Source of the DNA: Abditibacteriaceae bacterium
Lineage (GTDB): Bacteria; Armatimonadota; Abditibacteriia; Abditibacteriales; Abditibacteriaceae
Assembly: GCA_965277285.1 (NCBI GenBank)
Contig: OZ255721.1
Coordinates: forward strand, 160,001-224,000
DNA length: 64,000 nt
Direction of reading: 5' to 3'
Below are positions 39,593 through 49,327 of the stretch, in pieces. The translations under genes were made by a program, and so were the position numbers. The notes under the pieces were generated by a model that was not told the DNA's origin, made no database searches, and saw only the letters and a list, made by a program, of their open reading frames with translations. Within the stretch, counting starts at the first letter, position 1; every line of letters starts with the position of its first letter.

Positions 39593-41749
39593 ATGATTAT
39601 TCCAACTCTTCGTAAATGGCAATGCGTTCTGCTCACTTTGACTTATCTGGCAACTGCTTGCAGCTCGCATGCGGCAACCACGCCAACATCGACGGTCGCT
39701 CAATCCGCGTCAGGCGCACTAACGATTACGGCAGTTTCGTCAGCTCAAACGGTCGCGTCGCGTCGTGCGGAAATGGGCGCTTATGCGCGCTTGGAAACAA
39801 CTTTTTCGATTCCCGACTTGAAAACCGATCCGTTCGATTATGAGCAAACCGATGTGCGCGTGCAGGTTCGGCGCGTCGGCGGCGCGACGGTTTCCATGCC
39901 CGCGTTTTTCGATGGCGGCACGACGTGGCGCGCGCGTTTGGCGCCGCTTTCTGCCGGACGTTATGCCGTTAGCGCGATCACTCTCAATAATCGAGTACTC
40001 GAAGTGGCAGCTTCGCCGCGCCAGTGGAACGTGGCCAGCGTGCCGCGCGCGAACTTTATTCGCCTCGATGCCAAAGACAAAACGCGCTTTGTTTACAGCG
40101 ATGGCACGCCGTATTTTCCTCTCGGGCACGATCAGGCGTGGCAATCGGGCGGATTGCCGGACATTCCGGTTCTGTTCGATAAAATGGGCGCCAACGGCGA
40201 AAACTGGTCGCGCGTATGGATGAATCATTGGGACAACAAAAATCTGGACTGGCCCAAACCTGTGGGCGCTTTCGGCACGCTCAATTTGGATGTCGCGCAG
40301 CGCTGGGACGCCATTGTCACGGCGGCGGAGCGCAACCATATCGCATTCCAGATGACCTTGCAGCATCATGGCCAATATTCGGCCAGCACAGATGCAAACT
40401 GGAACGACAATCCTTACAACGTGAAAAACGGCGGATTTTTGAACACGCCGCAAGAATTTTTCACGAACGCGCAAGCCAAAACTTTGACGCGTCGCAAGTT
40501 GCGCTACATCGTGGCGCGCTGGGGTTACTCGCCCGCGATTTTGTCGTGGGAACTGTTCAACGAAGTTCAAAACACCGATGCCGCGCACGACAAACAATGG
40601 GATGCCATTGCGCAATGGCACCGCGAAATGGCGCAATTCCTGCGCGCTCAAGATGTTTATCATCACTTGATTACGACCAGTTCGATGGAATCGATTCCGT
40701 CTCAGGTCGCTGATACCGTCGACTACGATCAGGTTCATGTGTATTCGCCCGACTTGATTTTGACTTTGCAGAGCGCGGCGAACCCAAGCGTGAAACCGAG
40801 TTTTGTGGGCGAATTCGGGCCGTCCTTTCTCAAGGATGCGCAAGGCGTGTTTTTGCACGCGGGCTTGTGGTCGGGATTGATGAGCGGACAAAGCGGCGCG
40901 CCGCAGTATTGGACGTGGGATGTCGTCGAGCAGAACAATTTATATGGCCATTTTCGCGCGGCGTCGTTGTTCTTGAAACAAAGCGATTTGGCGTCGCAGA
41001 AGAATTTGGTTCGCTTCGTTCCCACTGTTGTCAGCGGCCAGACTTCGGATTTGGTCTTCAGTCCGGGCGGCGGCTGGGGAAGCGCCACGCAAAGCGACTT
41101 TGACTTGAGCGCGGGCAACGTTCCCGCAGGCGTCGGCGCGTTGCCGTCCTTTTTGCAAGGCGCCAATCACCGCGATATGAGTCCGCGTCCTCTCACTTTT
41201 CGCGTCAATTATCCGCGCGCCGGACGTTTCAGTGTCGTGTTCGATCAGGTGGCCAAAGCGGGCGCGCACATCAAACTGGCGATGGATGGCAAAGTCGTGG
41301 AACAAGATTACGCTCCATCCAGCGCCGATTATTCTGCCGCGCCCAATCAAAACAGCCTCGCATTGGATGTGCCGCAGGGAACGCACACCATCACACTGGA
41401 AAACAGCGGCACCGATTGGGTGACGATCCACCATTTTACGCTCACCGATTACGCGCAGGCTTTGACGGGTTCGGCGCTGCGCAACTCCCTTTTCATAGCG
41501 GCCTGGATTTATCATCGCGCCAACGTTTACGCCGACCGGGGAAAGGAAGGCGGCACGGCAGCGGGAACGCTCACACTTCCAGTACTCGATGCGGGACGCT
41601 ATCAAGCGACATGGTGGGATACGATGGCTGGAAAAGCGCTGCAATCGACAACGATCACGATGCGACCTGGCGCCAGTTTGACGATGGCGATTCCGCCCGT
41701 AACGCGCGACGTGGCACTTTTCGTTCGTCGCATTTCGTCGTCCAAATAA
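39593..41749 (+). CDS. Secreted DUF5060/GH5-like glycoside hydrolase with CBM-like C-terminal domain
   Basis: DPFD, RYIVARWG, WELFNE acid/base, VGEFG nucleophile. Confidence 0.82.
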   Translation: MIIPTLRKWQCVLLTLTYLATACSSHAATTPTSTVAQSASGALTITAVSSAQTVASRRAEMGAYARLETTFSIPDLKTDPFDYEQTDVRVQVRRVGGATVSMPAFFDGGTTWRARLAPLSAGRYAVSAITLNNRVLEVAASPRQWNVASVPRANFIRLDAKDKTRFVYSDGTPYFPLGHDQAWQSGGLPDIPVLFDKMGANGENWSRVWMNHWDNKNLDWPKPVGAFGTLNLDVAQRWDAIVTAAERNHIAFQMTLQHHGQYSASTDANWNDNPYNVKNGGFLNTPQEFFTNAQAKTLTRRKLRYIVARWGYSPAILSWELFNEVQNTDAAHDKQWDAIAQWHREMAQFLRAQDVYHHLITTSSMESIPSQVADTVDYDQVHVYSPDLILTLQSAANPSVKPSFVGEFGPSFLKDAQGVFLHAGLWSGLMSGQSGAPQYWTWDVVEQNNLYGHFRAASLFLKQSDLASQKNLVRFVPTVVSGQTSDLVFSPGGGWGSATQSDFDLSAGNVPAGVGALPSFLQGANHRDMSPRPLTFRVNYPRAGRFSVVFDQVAKAGAHIKLAMDGKVVEQDYAPSSADYSAAPNQNSLALDVPQGTHTITLENSGTDWVTIHHFTLTDYAQALTGSALRNSLFIAAWIYHRANVYADRGKEGGTAAGTLTLPVLDAGRYQATWWDTMAGKALQSTTITMRPGASLTMAIPPVTRDVALFVRRISSSK

Positions 41750-41776
41750 ACTTTGTCGACTCAATTTTTCATCATT

Positions 41777-41862
41777 CGTAGGGGCTTGGCGTGCCAAGCC
41801 CGCACCTCGCCAATTCACCAACCGCCATTCACCAACAGGGCTTGGCACGCCAAGCCCCTACG
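41777..41862. repeat. GTAG-type REP doublet in inverted orientation
   Basis: CGTAGGGGCTTGGCGTGCCAAGCCC ... GGGCTTGGCACGCCAAGCCCCTACG. Confidence 0.85.
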
Positions 41863-41945
41863 GTTTGTGCCGAATGCGTTTCGGGCGACTTTTGCCAGTG
41901 ACTTAACCCGCTCGGATTATCGAACAAAAACAGGAGACATCAAAG

Positions 41946-43328
41946 ATGATTCGTTTTCACGCGCCGCTCATCGTTCCTCTGGCATTGGTCTGCACTTTGA
42001 CTGGCATCGTGGTTAATGTCGCCGCGCCAATAGCATCAGCCGCGCCTGCTTCCTCATCGGCCCTGTTGTCGATGGCGCCGTCGTCCGCCAATTATCGCGC
42101 TCTGGCGCAGCAGATGAACCACAGTCTACAGCGCGATGATCTGGAAAAATGGTTTCCGGCTTCGGTTGACACACAGCGCGGCGGCTTCCACGAAAATTAC
42201 GCGACGGACTGGAGAAAAATGGCGAGCGACGAACGCGCAATCGTTTATCAATCGCGCCTGACGTGGCTGGCGGCGCAAGCCTCGCAACGCTTTCCCACGC
42301 AGAGAAAACGGTACATCGAGTACTCGAATCACGGCCTGAACTTTCTGCGCAACCGAATGTGGGACAAGCAATTCGGCGGCTTCTACTGGGAACTCGACGG
42401 CAATGGAAAAGCCGAGCGCAACGGCGAAAAGCACGCCTATGGAAACGCTTTTGCGATTTACGCGGCGTGCGCCAATTATCGCGCGACACGCGATCCACGC
42501 GCTCTCAGCCTGGCGCGACGCGGTTTCGCGTGGCTGGAGCGTCATGCGCACGACGCGCGCAACGGCGGCTATTACGAAGCCTTGCGCCGCGATGGAAAAC
42601 CGCTGTTGACGCCTTCGATTGCCACGACCAGCGACTTTATCGGCACGCGCTATGGCTTCAAAAGCATGAACACGCACATTCATTTGCTCGAAGCCTTCAC
42701 GGCGCTTTACCAGGTTTCGCCGACGCCTTTGGTGCGACGCCGCTTGCAGGAAGTTTTCGATTTGGTGCGCGATAAAATCAACGTTCCGTCAATCGGCGCG
42801 ATGAACCAGTTTTTCACACCCGATTGGCGCGCTGTCCCGGACGCCGATTCGTTTGGCCACGACATCGAAACCGCTTATCTTTTGGTGGAAGCCTCACAAA
42901 CTTTGGGCAAGCCGAACGATGCGCGAACCTGGACTGAGGCGCGTCGCATGGTCGATCATGCTCTGAACTTTGGCTTTGATACGGAGCGCGGCGGTTTTTA
43001 TGATCAGGGCAGCACGTTTGGCTCGGCCACCAAAACCGATAAAGTGTGGTGGGTGCAGGCCGAAGGTTTGAACGCTTTATTGCTGATGCACGAACGTTAC
43101 GGGCGCCAAACGCCGCGCTACTGGAGCGCATTCTTACGCCAGTGGAACTTCATCCGCCAATACCAGATTGATGCCACCAACGGCGGCTGGCGCCAAAGCG
43201 TGACGACCGAAGGCAACGCCATTCCGAACCAGATTAAAAGCGATATGTGGACCGAAGGCTATCATCAAGGCCGCGCTTTGTTGAATGTCTCAGCGATGCT
43301 TTCGCGTCTGGCAAGAGAAAACCCATAA
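41946..43328 (+). CDS. AGE-family epimerase (cellobiose 2-epimerase-like) with signal peptide
   Basis: YQSR, KHAYGNAFAIY, KSMNTHIHLLEA, SFGHDIE, WWVQAE, YHQGRA. Confidence 0.9.
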   Translation: MIRFHAPLIVPLALVCTLTGIVVNVAAPIASAAPASSSALLSMAPSSANYRALAQQMNHSLQRDDLEKWFPASVDTQRGGFHENYATDWRKMASDERAIVYQSRLTWLAAQASQRFPTQRKRYIEYSNHGLNFLRNRMWDKQFGGFYWELDGNGKAERNGEKHAYGNAFAIYAACANYRATRDPRALSLARRGFAWLERHAHDARNGGYYEALRRDGKPLLTPSIATTSDFIGTRYGFKSMNTHIHLLEAFTALYQVSPTPLVRRRLQEVFDLVRDKINVPSIGAMNQFFTPDWRAVPDADSFGHDIETAYLLVEASQTLGKPNDARTWTEARRMVDHALNFGFDTERGGFYDQGSTFGSATKTDKVWWVQAEGLNALLLMHERYGRQTPRYWSAFLRQWNFIRQYQIDATNGGWRQSVTTEGNAIPNQIKSDMWTEGYHQGRALLNVSAMLSRLARENP

Positions 43329-43372
43329 ACCTTCGCTTTGAAAGGATGTAAACAAAGTCCCAAAAACGACTG

Positions 43373-43462
43373 AAACTCGCAGTTTGTCATTCTGAGTGCA
43401 GCGAAGAATCTATATGCGAAGTCAGATTCTTCGCAGCGCTCAGAATGACAAACTGTGAGTTT
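43373..43462. repeat. GTCATTCTGAGCG..GAAGAATCT REP-like inverted repeat (copy 1 of 4)
   Basis: GTCATTCTGAGTGCAGCGAAGAATCT ... AGATTCTTCGCAGCGCTCAGAATGAC with extended flanking stem. Confidence 0.9.
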
Positions 43463-43746
43463 GGCGGCTCTTCTTTCACTTTGTTTATAACCTCTGAGTA
43501 CTCGAAGACAAACTGCGCTCCTGTTCGAGGTGCGACATATCAAGTCCAAGCTAACGGCCCTGCGAATTATGAAGCAATGAAGAACTGAAGTTGCGCCAAG
43601 AGGGAACGCGAAGTTGTCCTCGCCTTCTTATTTCGATATACTGCGTCCGTTCAATTGACTTTGGAGTTTCGACAAAAGCGCGTCATCGAGTACTCGAATC
43701 TCGATTGCGACGCGTTTTTTTGTGTCGCAGAAAGGAAGAATAAACC

Positions 43747-44118
43747 ATGAAAACTGACATCCATCCCAATTACGTCGAATCGACGATCACTTGTTCGACG
43801 TGCGGAACCGTTGTTCACACGCACGCGACCGTGCCTGCAATTCGCATCGATCTGTGCTCGAATTGCCATCCGTTTTATACCGGAAAGCAGCGCATCGTGG
43901 ACACCGCTGGCCGCGTTGATCGCTTCAACCAGCGCCGCGACGCCGGTGAAAAAGCGCAGAAAGTCGCTAAAGCAGCGGCCAAAAAGCGCGAGAAAACCGA
44001 TACGCGCCCGACCGTTCCCGCCATGAGCGAAGCCGAAAAAGCTCCCACCACGGCGCCAGACGCAACAGCGCCGGTCGAAATCGTTCCCGCTGATGCCGCA
44101 ACCAGCGACGCCAGCTAA
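43747..44118 (+). CDS. rpmE: 50S ribosomal protein L31 (zinc-binding type) with Ala/Pro-rich C-terminal extension
   Basis: [31 protein letters not shown]. Confidence 0.96.
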   Translation: MKTDIHPNYVESTITCSTCGTVVHTHATVPAIRIDLCSNCHPFYTGKQRIVDTAGRVDRFNQRRDAGEKAQKVAKAAAKKREKTDTRPTVPAMSEAEKAPTTAPDATAPVEIVPADAATSDAS

Positions 44119-44167
44119 ATCGGCGTACTTTAAGAATTAGTTCTAAAGTAGAAAACAACGTTGAGAG

Positions 44168-44249
44168 TCGGAAGTTTGTCATTCTGAGCGCAGCGAAGAA
44201 TCTGATTACAGTTAGCTTCTTCTCTGCGCTCAGAATGACAAACTTCCGA
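44168..44249. repeat. GTCATTCTGAGCG REP-like inverted repeat (copy 2)
   Basis: TCGGAAGTTTGTCATTCTGAGCGCAGCGAAGAATCT ... CTGCGCTCAGAATGACAAACTTCCGA. Confidence 0.9.
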
Positions 44250-44296
44250 TTTCACGTAGCACGAACTTTCCAAACTGATTCTCAGTTGTTCTATCT

Positions 44297-44764
44297 ATGA
44301 GCGAACCGCACTCGTCCAATGAAACGCAGGCCCAAAGCGCGCAAGCGCCGGAAAAGCCTGCGTTTCATTTGGGCGGCCAGGCGCTCATCGAAGGCGTGAT
44401 GATGCGTTCGCCGCACTTTATCGCGGCCTCGGTGCGGCGTTCCGACGGCGAAATTGAAACGCGCGTCGAACGCTTTCATTCAGTTTTGGAACGCTCGCCG
44501 CTTTTTCGCTTGCCGTTTGTGCGCGGCGTCATCGCTCTGGTCGAAATGATGAGCGTCGGTTCGCGTTTTTTGCGCTGGTCAAGCGATCTGGTGATGCAAG
44601 ACGAAGCCGCCAAAAACGCTGTCAATAGCGAAGTTGCGGGCAGCAAAGTTACGAGCGATGAATCTGAATTGAGTAAATCTGAATCGAGTACTCGAAGCGC
44701 GACGCTCACGACTTCTTCGCTCATTTCCGCCGCCGCAATTTCTCACGAAGACGTTGGAAAATAA
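44297..44764 (+). CDS. DUF1385 (YqhQ-like) N-terminal part of a split or frameshifted gene
   Basis: GGQALIEGVMMRS, LPFVRGV, then a low-complexity tail and TAA. Confidence 0.75.
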   Translation: MSEPHSSNETQAQSAQAPEKPAFHLGGQALIEGVMMRSPHFIAASVRRSDGEIETRVERFHSVLERSPLFRLPFVRGVIALVEMMSVGSRFLRWSSDLVMQDEAAKNAVNSEVAGSKVTSDESELSKSESSTRSATLTTSSLISAAAISHEDVGK

Positions 44765-44766
44765 CG

Positions 44767-45462
44767 ATGACGGAAAACCATGACGAAGCGAAACCGGAAG
44801 CCGCGATCCCGATCTGGCTTTTTGCGTTGACTGTCGCCGGTTCGCTGGCGATTGGACTTTTTCTGTTTGTCGCCTTGCCCAGTCTCGCGGCGTGGTATTT
44901 CGTGCGCCATTTTGACAGCGGACGTTTCCTGAATAATCGCTACGTTCTCAACGGGCTGGAAGGCGTTGTGAAACTGGCGATTTTCGTCGCTTATGTCTGG
45001 CTGATCGGGCGACGCACACAAATCAAGCGCCTTTTTGAATATCACGGCGCGGAACACAAAGTCGTTTATGCGACCGAATACAACAAGCCTTTGACGCCCG
45101 AAGGCGCGCGCCCTTTTCCGACGCCGCATCCGCGCTGTGGAACCGGTTTCGCGTTGCTGACAGTTTTCGTCAGCGTCGTTTTGTTCACGTTTTTGCCGCA
45201 AACATCGTCCAAAGCGTTGCACGTTTTGATGCGCGTCGCACTGATGCCGTTGGTGGCCGGCGTTTCTTACGAAATCATCAAACTGACGACGCATCCGCAA
45301 TTGGGCAAAGTCGTGCAAACGCTGATGATTCCAGGTTTGTGGCTGCAACTTTTGACGACGCGCCAGCCGGACGATGCGCAACTCGAAGTCTCCTGCGCCG
45401 CCATGAAAGCGGTTTTGCAAGCCGAGCAGGAACTCGCCGCAACACAATCGAGTACTCGATAG
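44767..45462 (+). CDS. DUF1385 (YqhQ-like) C-terminal part of a split or frameshifted gene
   Basis: FEYHGAEHK, HPRCGTGF, PGLWLQLLTT; different frame from the N-terminal part. Confidence 0.8.
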   Translation: MTENHDEAKPEAAIPIWLFALTVAGSLAIGLFLFVALPSLAAWYFVRHFDSGRFLNNRYVLNGLEGVVKLAIFVAYVWLIGRRTQIKRLFEYHGAEHKVVYATEYNKPLTPEGARPFPTPHPRCGTGFALLTVFVSVVLFTFLPQTSSKALHVLMRVALMPLVAGVSYEIIKLTTHPQLGKVVQTLMIPGLWLQLLTTRQPDDAQLEVSCAAMKAVLQAEQELAATQSSTR

Positions 45463-45479
45463 CAGCGCTGTATTCTCTT

Positions 45480-45546
45480 CGTAGAGGCAACCCTTGTGGT
45501 TGCCCTTTGGTGACAAACGCGGGCGACTACAAGGGTCGCCCCTACA
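45480..45546. repeat. GTAG-type REP doublet
   Basis: CGTAGAGGCAACCCTTGTGGTTGCCC ... GGGCGACTACAAGGGTCGCCCCTACA. Confidence 0.8.
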
Positions 45547-45558
45547 AATCACTTCCCC

Positions 45559-46611
45559 ATGAATGAAAAAGCCCGCGCACAAGCCGAACGATTCGACCAA
45601 TTGACGGCGCAGATGTCCGATCCCGAATTTGCCGCCGACGGCGCGTCGTTGGCGAAATTGGGCAAGGAACGCGCACAACTCGAACCTGTGGCGCAATGTT
45701 TTCGCGCTATCGAAAAGTTGCAAAACCAGTTGGATGAAGCGCGCGCGTCGCTGGACGATCCCGATCTGGGCGAACTGGCGCGCGAAGAAATCGCGCAACT
45801 GGAGCCGCAAATCACGCCATTGAGTACTCAATTAGAAGATTTGCTGGCGCCGCGCGACCCAGACGCCGACCGCAACGTGATTATGGAAATTCGTCAGGGT
45901 TCGGGCGGCGAAGAAGCGGCGTTGTGGGCGGGCGATTTGTATCGCATGTACAACCGTTTCGCCGAGATACGCGGCTGGAAAGTCGAGCCGATTTCGGTTT
46001 CCGAAGCCGAAATGGGTGGCTTGAAAGAAGTCGTTTTTGGCGTTTTGGGCAAAGGCGCGTGGGACGTTTTGCAAACCGAAAGCGGGGTTCATCGCGTGCA
46101 GCGTGTTCCCATCACTGAGCAAAAAGGCCGCGTTCACACCAGCGCGGCCAGCGTCGCGGTGTTGCCCGAAGCCGAAGAAGTCGATGTCAACATCAACGAA
46201 AACGACATCGAAATGGAAACCATGCGCGCCAGCGGTGCCGGTGGACAAAGCGTGCAGAAAAACGAAACCGCCGTGCGCCTGATTTATCGCCCGACGGGTT
46301 TGATCGTTACCTGCCAGGACGAGCGATCTCTCAGGCAGAACAAGGAAAAAGCGATGCGCGTTTTGCGTTCGCGCCTTTATGAAGCTGAGCGCGAACGTTT
46401 GGCAGCCGAACGCGACAGCGCGCGCAAAGCTCAGGTAAAAAGTGGCGACCGCAGCGACAAAATTCGCACTTACAATTTCCCCGAAAACCGTTTGACAGAT
46501 CACCGTATCAACTTCAAAAACAACAATCTCGACCAGATTATGCAAGGCAACCTGGAAGAATTGGTGCAAGCTCTGGCGCAAGCGCGCCGCCACGAATTGT
46601 TAGAAAGTTAG
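45559..46611 (+). CDS. prfA: Peptide chain release factor 1
   Basis: [21 protein letters not shown] (PxT), GAGGQ, IRTYNFP; adjacent to prmC. Confidence 0.95.
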   Translation: MNEKARAQAERFDQLTAQMSDPEFAADGASLAKLGKERAQLEPVAQCFRAIEKLQNQLDEARASLDDPDLGELAREEIAQLEPQITPLSTQLEDLLAPRDPDADRNVIMEIRQGSGGEEAALWAGDLYRMYNRFAEIRGWKVEPISVSEAEMGGLKEVVFGVLGKGAWDVLQTESGVHRVQRVPITEQKGRVHTSAASVAVLPEAEEVDVNINENDIEMETMRASGAGGQSVQKNETAVRLIYRPTGLIVTCQDERSLRQNKEKAMRVLRSRLYEAERERLAAERDSARKAQVKSGDRSDKIRTYNFPENRLTDHRINFKNNNLDQIMQGNLEELVQALAQARRHELLES

Positions 46612-46638
46612 TCGTTTGTTTTGACGTGCGGTTTCAAC

Positions 46639-46667
46639 GTACGGGCGACCCGCTGGGTCGCCCATAC
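46639..46667. repeat. GTAC/GTAG-type single REP hairpin
   Basis: GTACGGGCGACCC-GCT-GGGTCGCCCATAC. Confidence 0.7.
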
Positions 46668-46693
46668 AACATTTCGCATTCGAGTACTCGATT

Positions 46694-47572
46694 ATGACCG
46701 TGCGCCAAGCCTATGACTCTGCAGTAAAGGTTCTTCACGAAGAATCGGGCTACGATTTGAACGAAGCGCGCATTTCGTCTCGTCTTTTGGTCGACAACCT
46801 GGCGCAGCGCGACAATGCGCATCTTCTTCAACCCGACGAACCTCTTGATGAGATTTGGGCTGTCCCTGATTTTTATCGCCTGTTGAGAGATTTGCAATCT
46901 GGCAAGCCTCTCGCATATGTTCTTCATCAGCGTGCTTTTTTTGGACGACCGTTTTGGTGCGAGCCATGTGTGCTGATTCCTCGTCCCGAAACCGAATTGT
47001 TGGTTGGACATACAATTGAACGTTTGCAAAATTACGAAACTGCGCTGATTGCCGATTTGGGAACCGGAAGCGGCTGCATCGCGGTTTCAGTCGCGCACGA
47101 ATTGCCACAAAGCGTCGTTTATGCAACTGATTTGTCGCGCGATGCGTTGGAGCTGGCGAAAAGCAATGCGCTCCTTCACAACGTTCAAAATCGCATCGAA
47201 TTCGTTGAAGGACAAAGCGGCGAATGGGCGCAGCCTTTGGCGCGCGAAGGTTTTGCCAGACAATTTGATTGCGTGTTGACGAACCCGCCATATATTTCCA
47301 AGCGCGACATCGAAGAACTGCCGACGCAAATCAAAGATTTTGAGCCGCGTTTGGCGCTCGACGGTGGCGATGATGGACTCGATTGTTATCGTCAAATCGC
47401 GCAACAATGCGACGTTTTGCTTTCAAAGAATGGTTTTCTGCTGGCCGAATTGGGCGCTGGGCAATTTGGCGGAGTGAAGACGATATTTGAAAATGAGGGC
47501 TGGAAAGTTGACGAACCACTTCTCGATTTGGCTGGCCATGAACGCGTTCTGTTGGCGACGCGCGCTGCATAA
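46694..47572 (+). CDS. prmC: Release factor glutamine methyltransferase
   Basis: VLIPRPETE, DLGTGSGCI, NPPY, EPRLALDGG. Confidence 0.95.
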   Translation: MTVRQAYDSAVKVLHEESGYDLNEARISSRLLVDNLAQRDNAHLLQPDEPLDEIWAVPDFYRLLRDLQSGKPLAYVLHQRAFFGRPFWCEPCVLIPRPETELLVGHTIERLQNYETALIADLGTGSGCIAVSVAHELPQSVVYATDLSRDALELAKSNALLHNVQNRIEFVEGQSGEWAQPLAREGFARQFDCVLTNPPYISKRDIEELPTQIKDFEPRLALDGGDDGLDCYRQIAQQCDVLLSKNGFLLAELGAGQFGGVKTIFENEGWKVDEPLLDLAGHERVLLATRAA

Positions 47573-47666
47573 AACATCTTTCGAGTACTTGAAACGACGA
47601 CTTTGCCATTCCTCGTTGCTTTGAAAGTGTGTAAAGAAAGTAGGCAAAAAGCCATCAAACCGAGAA

Positions 47667-47734
47667 TTTGTCATTCTGAGCGTAGCGAAGAATCTAACTG
47701 TCACCAGATTCTTCGCTGCGCTCAGAATGACAAA
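47667..47734. repeat. GTCATTCTGAGCG REP-like inverted repeat (copy 3)
   Basis: TTTGTCATTCTGAGCGTAGCGAAGAATCT ... AGATTCTTCGCTGCGCTCAGAATGACAAA. Confidence 0.9.
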
Positions 47735-47792
47735 CTGGAAGTTAATAGGTCTGCAGAGATTATCAGATCACTTCGAGTACTCGATAACGTTT

Positions 47793-48362
47793 ATGACGAT
47801 TCTTTTTGTGTGTTCGGGCAATACATGCCGTTCGCCGCTGGCAGTTGCGGCGTGGCGCGCGCTCGAACGCGAACAAGGCGCGCTGGCGCAAGGCGCGTTG
47901 CTGGAAACCGAAGTCGCATCGGCGGGAACGGCAGCGTGGAAAAGTGGCGCGGCAACAACGCATTCGCAAAAAATCGCGCTTTCTTGGAAGGTAGATTTGT
48001 CCGATCATCGCGCGCGCGGCCTATCGCAAAAGTTGGCGCGTGGTGCAGATTTGATTATCACAATGACGCGGCGCCAGGCGCAAAACGTGCGCGATCAATT
48101 TGGTTTGCCATCGCATCGCGTGCGCGTTTTGGGCGAGTTTGCGAACAATCGAGTACTCGAAAGTGGCGCGCAAACAAAAGCAACACGTAACGACGACCAA
48201 CGTTTCGCGGCCTTATTGAACGAAGCCGCCAACAACCAGGAACTCGACATCGCCGATCCGTTTGGTGGCTCGCTCGAAGCTTATGAATCGTGCGCGGCGC
48301 ACATCAAAAACTGCGTCAAAGGTCTGCGACAGGCGTTGCGCGAAGGAGCCATTGACTTATGA
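47793..48362 (+). CDS. Low-molecular-weight protein phosphatase (YwlE-like Arg/Tyr phosphatase)
   Basis: ILFVCSGNTCRSPLA P-loop, SAGT, DIADPFGG. Confidence 0.9.
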   Translation: MTILFVCSGNTCRSPLAVAAWRALEREQGALAQGALLETEVASAGTAAWKSGAATTHSQKIALSWKVDLSDHRARGLSQKLARGADLIITMTRRQAQNVRDQFGLPSHRVRVLGEFANNRVLESGAQTKATRNDDQRFAALLNEAANNQELDIADPFGGSLEAYESCAAHIKNCVKGLRQALREGAIDL

Positions 48363-49186
48363 AAATCGCGCGGTTTTGTGGCGCTTTGGCGCTTCTGGTT
48401 TTTGTTTTGGCAGGTTGCAATCCCGCCGATGTCGCGGATTCGGGCAAGACGCGCGACGTGTTAAAAACGGCCTTGAGCGCGCCTGCCGTCAGTCGCATTT
48501 TTGACGCCGGAACGCGCGCCATCGACAACGACGACTTGCAAACTTTGAGCGAACAATGCGACGAGTTGCGACGTTTGGGCGCTCACCGCGAAGCTGATTT
48601 GTTGTCGCTGGGCGCGGCAGGAAATGCCGTGATTGAAGCGGCGCAGTTGGAAAACAAGGCGAGCGAATCGAGTACTCGAAAGTCGGAATTATTGGCGCAA
48701 GCGGCGCAGCAATATCGCCTGGCGTTGCGTTTATCACCCGATTTTCCATCGCAAAATCCCGATTTGTTAAACGCGCTGGGCTACTTTCTGGCGGATCGTG
48801 GAAGTTCAAATGCGGATTTCGTGACAGCGGAAAATTTGACGCGACGCGCTCTGAATCGTCTGGACGAATTAGCGAAATCTCAATTGATTTTGAGTTCGGC
48901 AGATGTGGCGTTCACGCGCGCCAACACGCGCGATTCTCTGGCTTGGGCGTTGTTTCGTCAGAAGAAATTTCAAGAGGCGTTCAGTCAACAGCAGCAAGCG
49001 ATGAGTGAAGCGCGCGGCGCTCTGGTTTCCGGCGCCAGCGACCCAAGCGGCGAAAGTCTGCGCGAAATGACCTTTCATTTGCAGCAAATCGAAAAAGCTG
49101 TGGGGCATAAGACCGAATTTGTTCCCATGCCGACGCCACCAGAAAAATTAAAAGGCTCCCCAATTTTGCCGCTTAAAGCGGTTTAG
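48359..49186 (+). CDS. TPR-like lipoprotein
   Basis: Lipobox LAGC; LLNALGYFLA and RDSLAWALF TPR-type motifs; 4-nt overlap with upstream stop. Confidence 0.78.
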   Translation: MKIARFCGALALLVFVLAGCNPADVADSGKTRDVLKTALSAPAVSRIFDAGTRAIDNDDLQTLSEQCDELRRLGAHREADLLSLGAAGNAVIEAAQLENKASESSTRKSELLAQAAQQYRLALRLSPDFPSQNPDLLNALGYFLADRGSSNADFVTAENLTRRALNRLDELAKSQLILSSADVAFTRANTRDSLAWALFRQKKFQEAFSQQQQAMSEARGALVSGASDPSGESLREMTFHLQQIEKAVGHKTEFVPMPTPPEKLKGSPILPLKAV

Positions 49187-49327
49187 TTGGGGAGCCTTTC
49201 ACTTAATCTGCAACGATGTTACAACGTTTGCCTTACTCGTGTCGAATTGAATAAAAGTTATTTCTTTAGCGCATTTAAGACCTTCGATTTTGTGCAATCG
49301 AGTACTCGAAACGTTTACAAATCGTGT

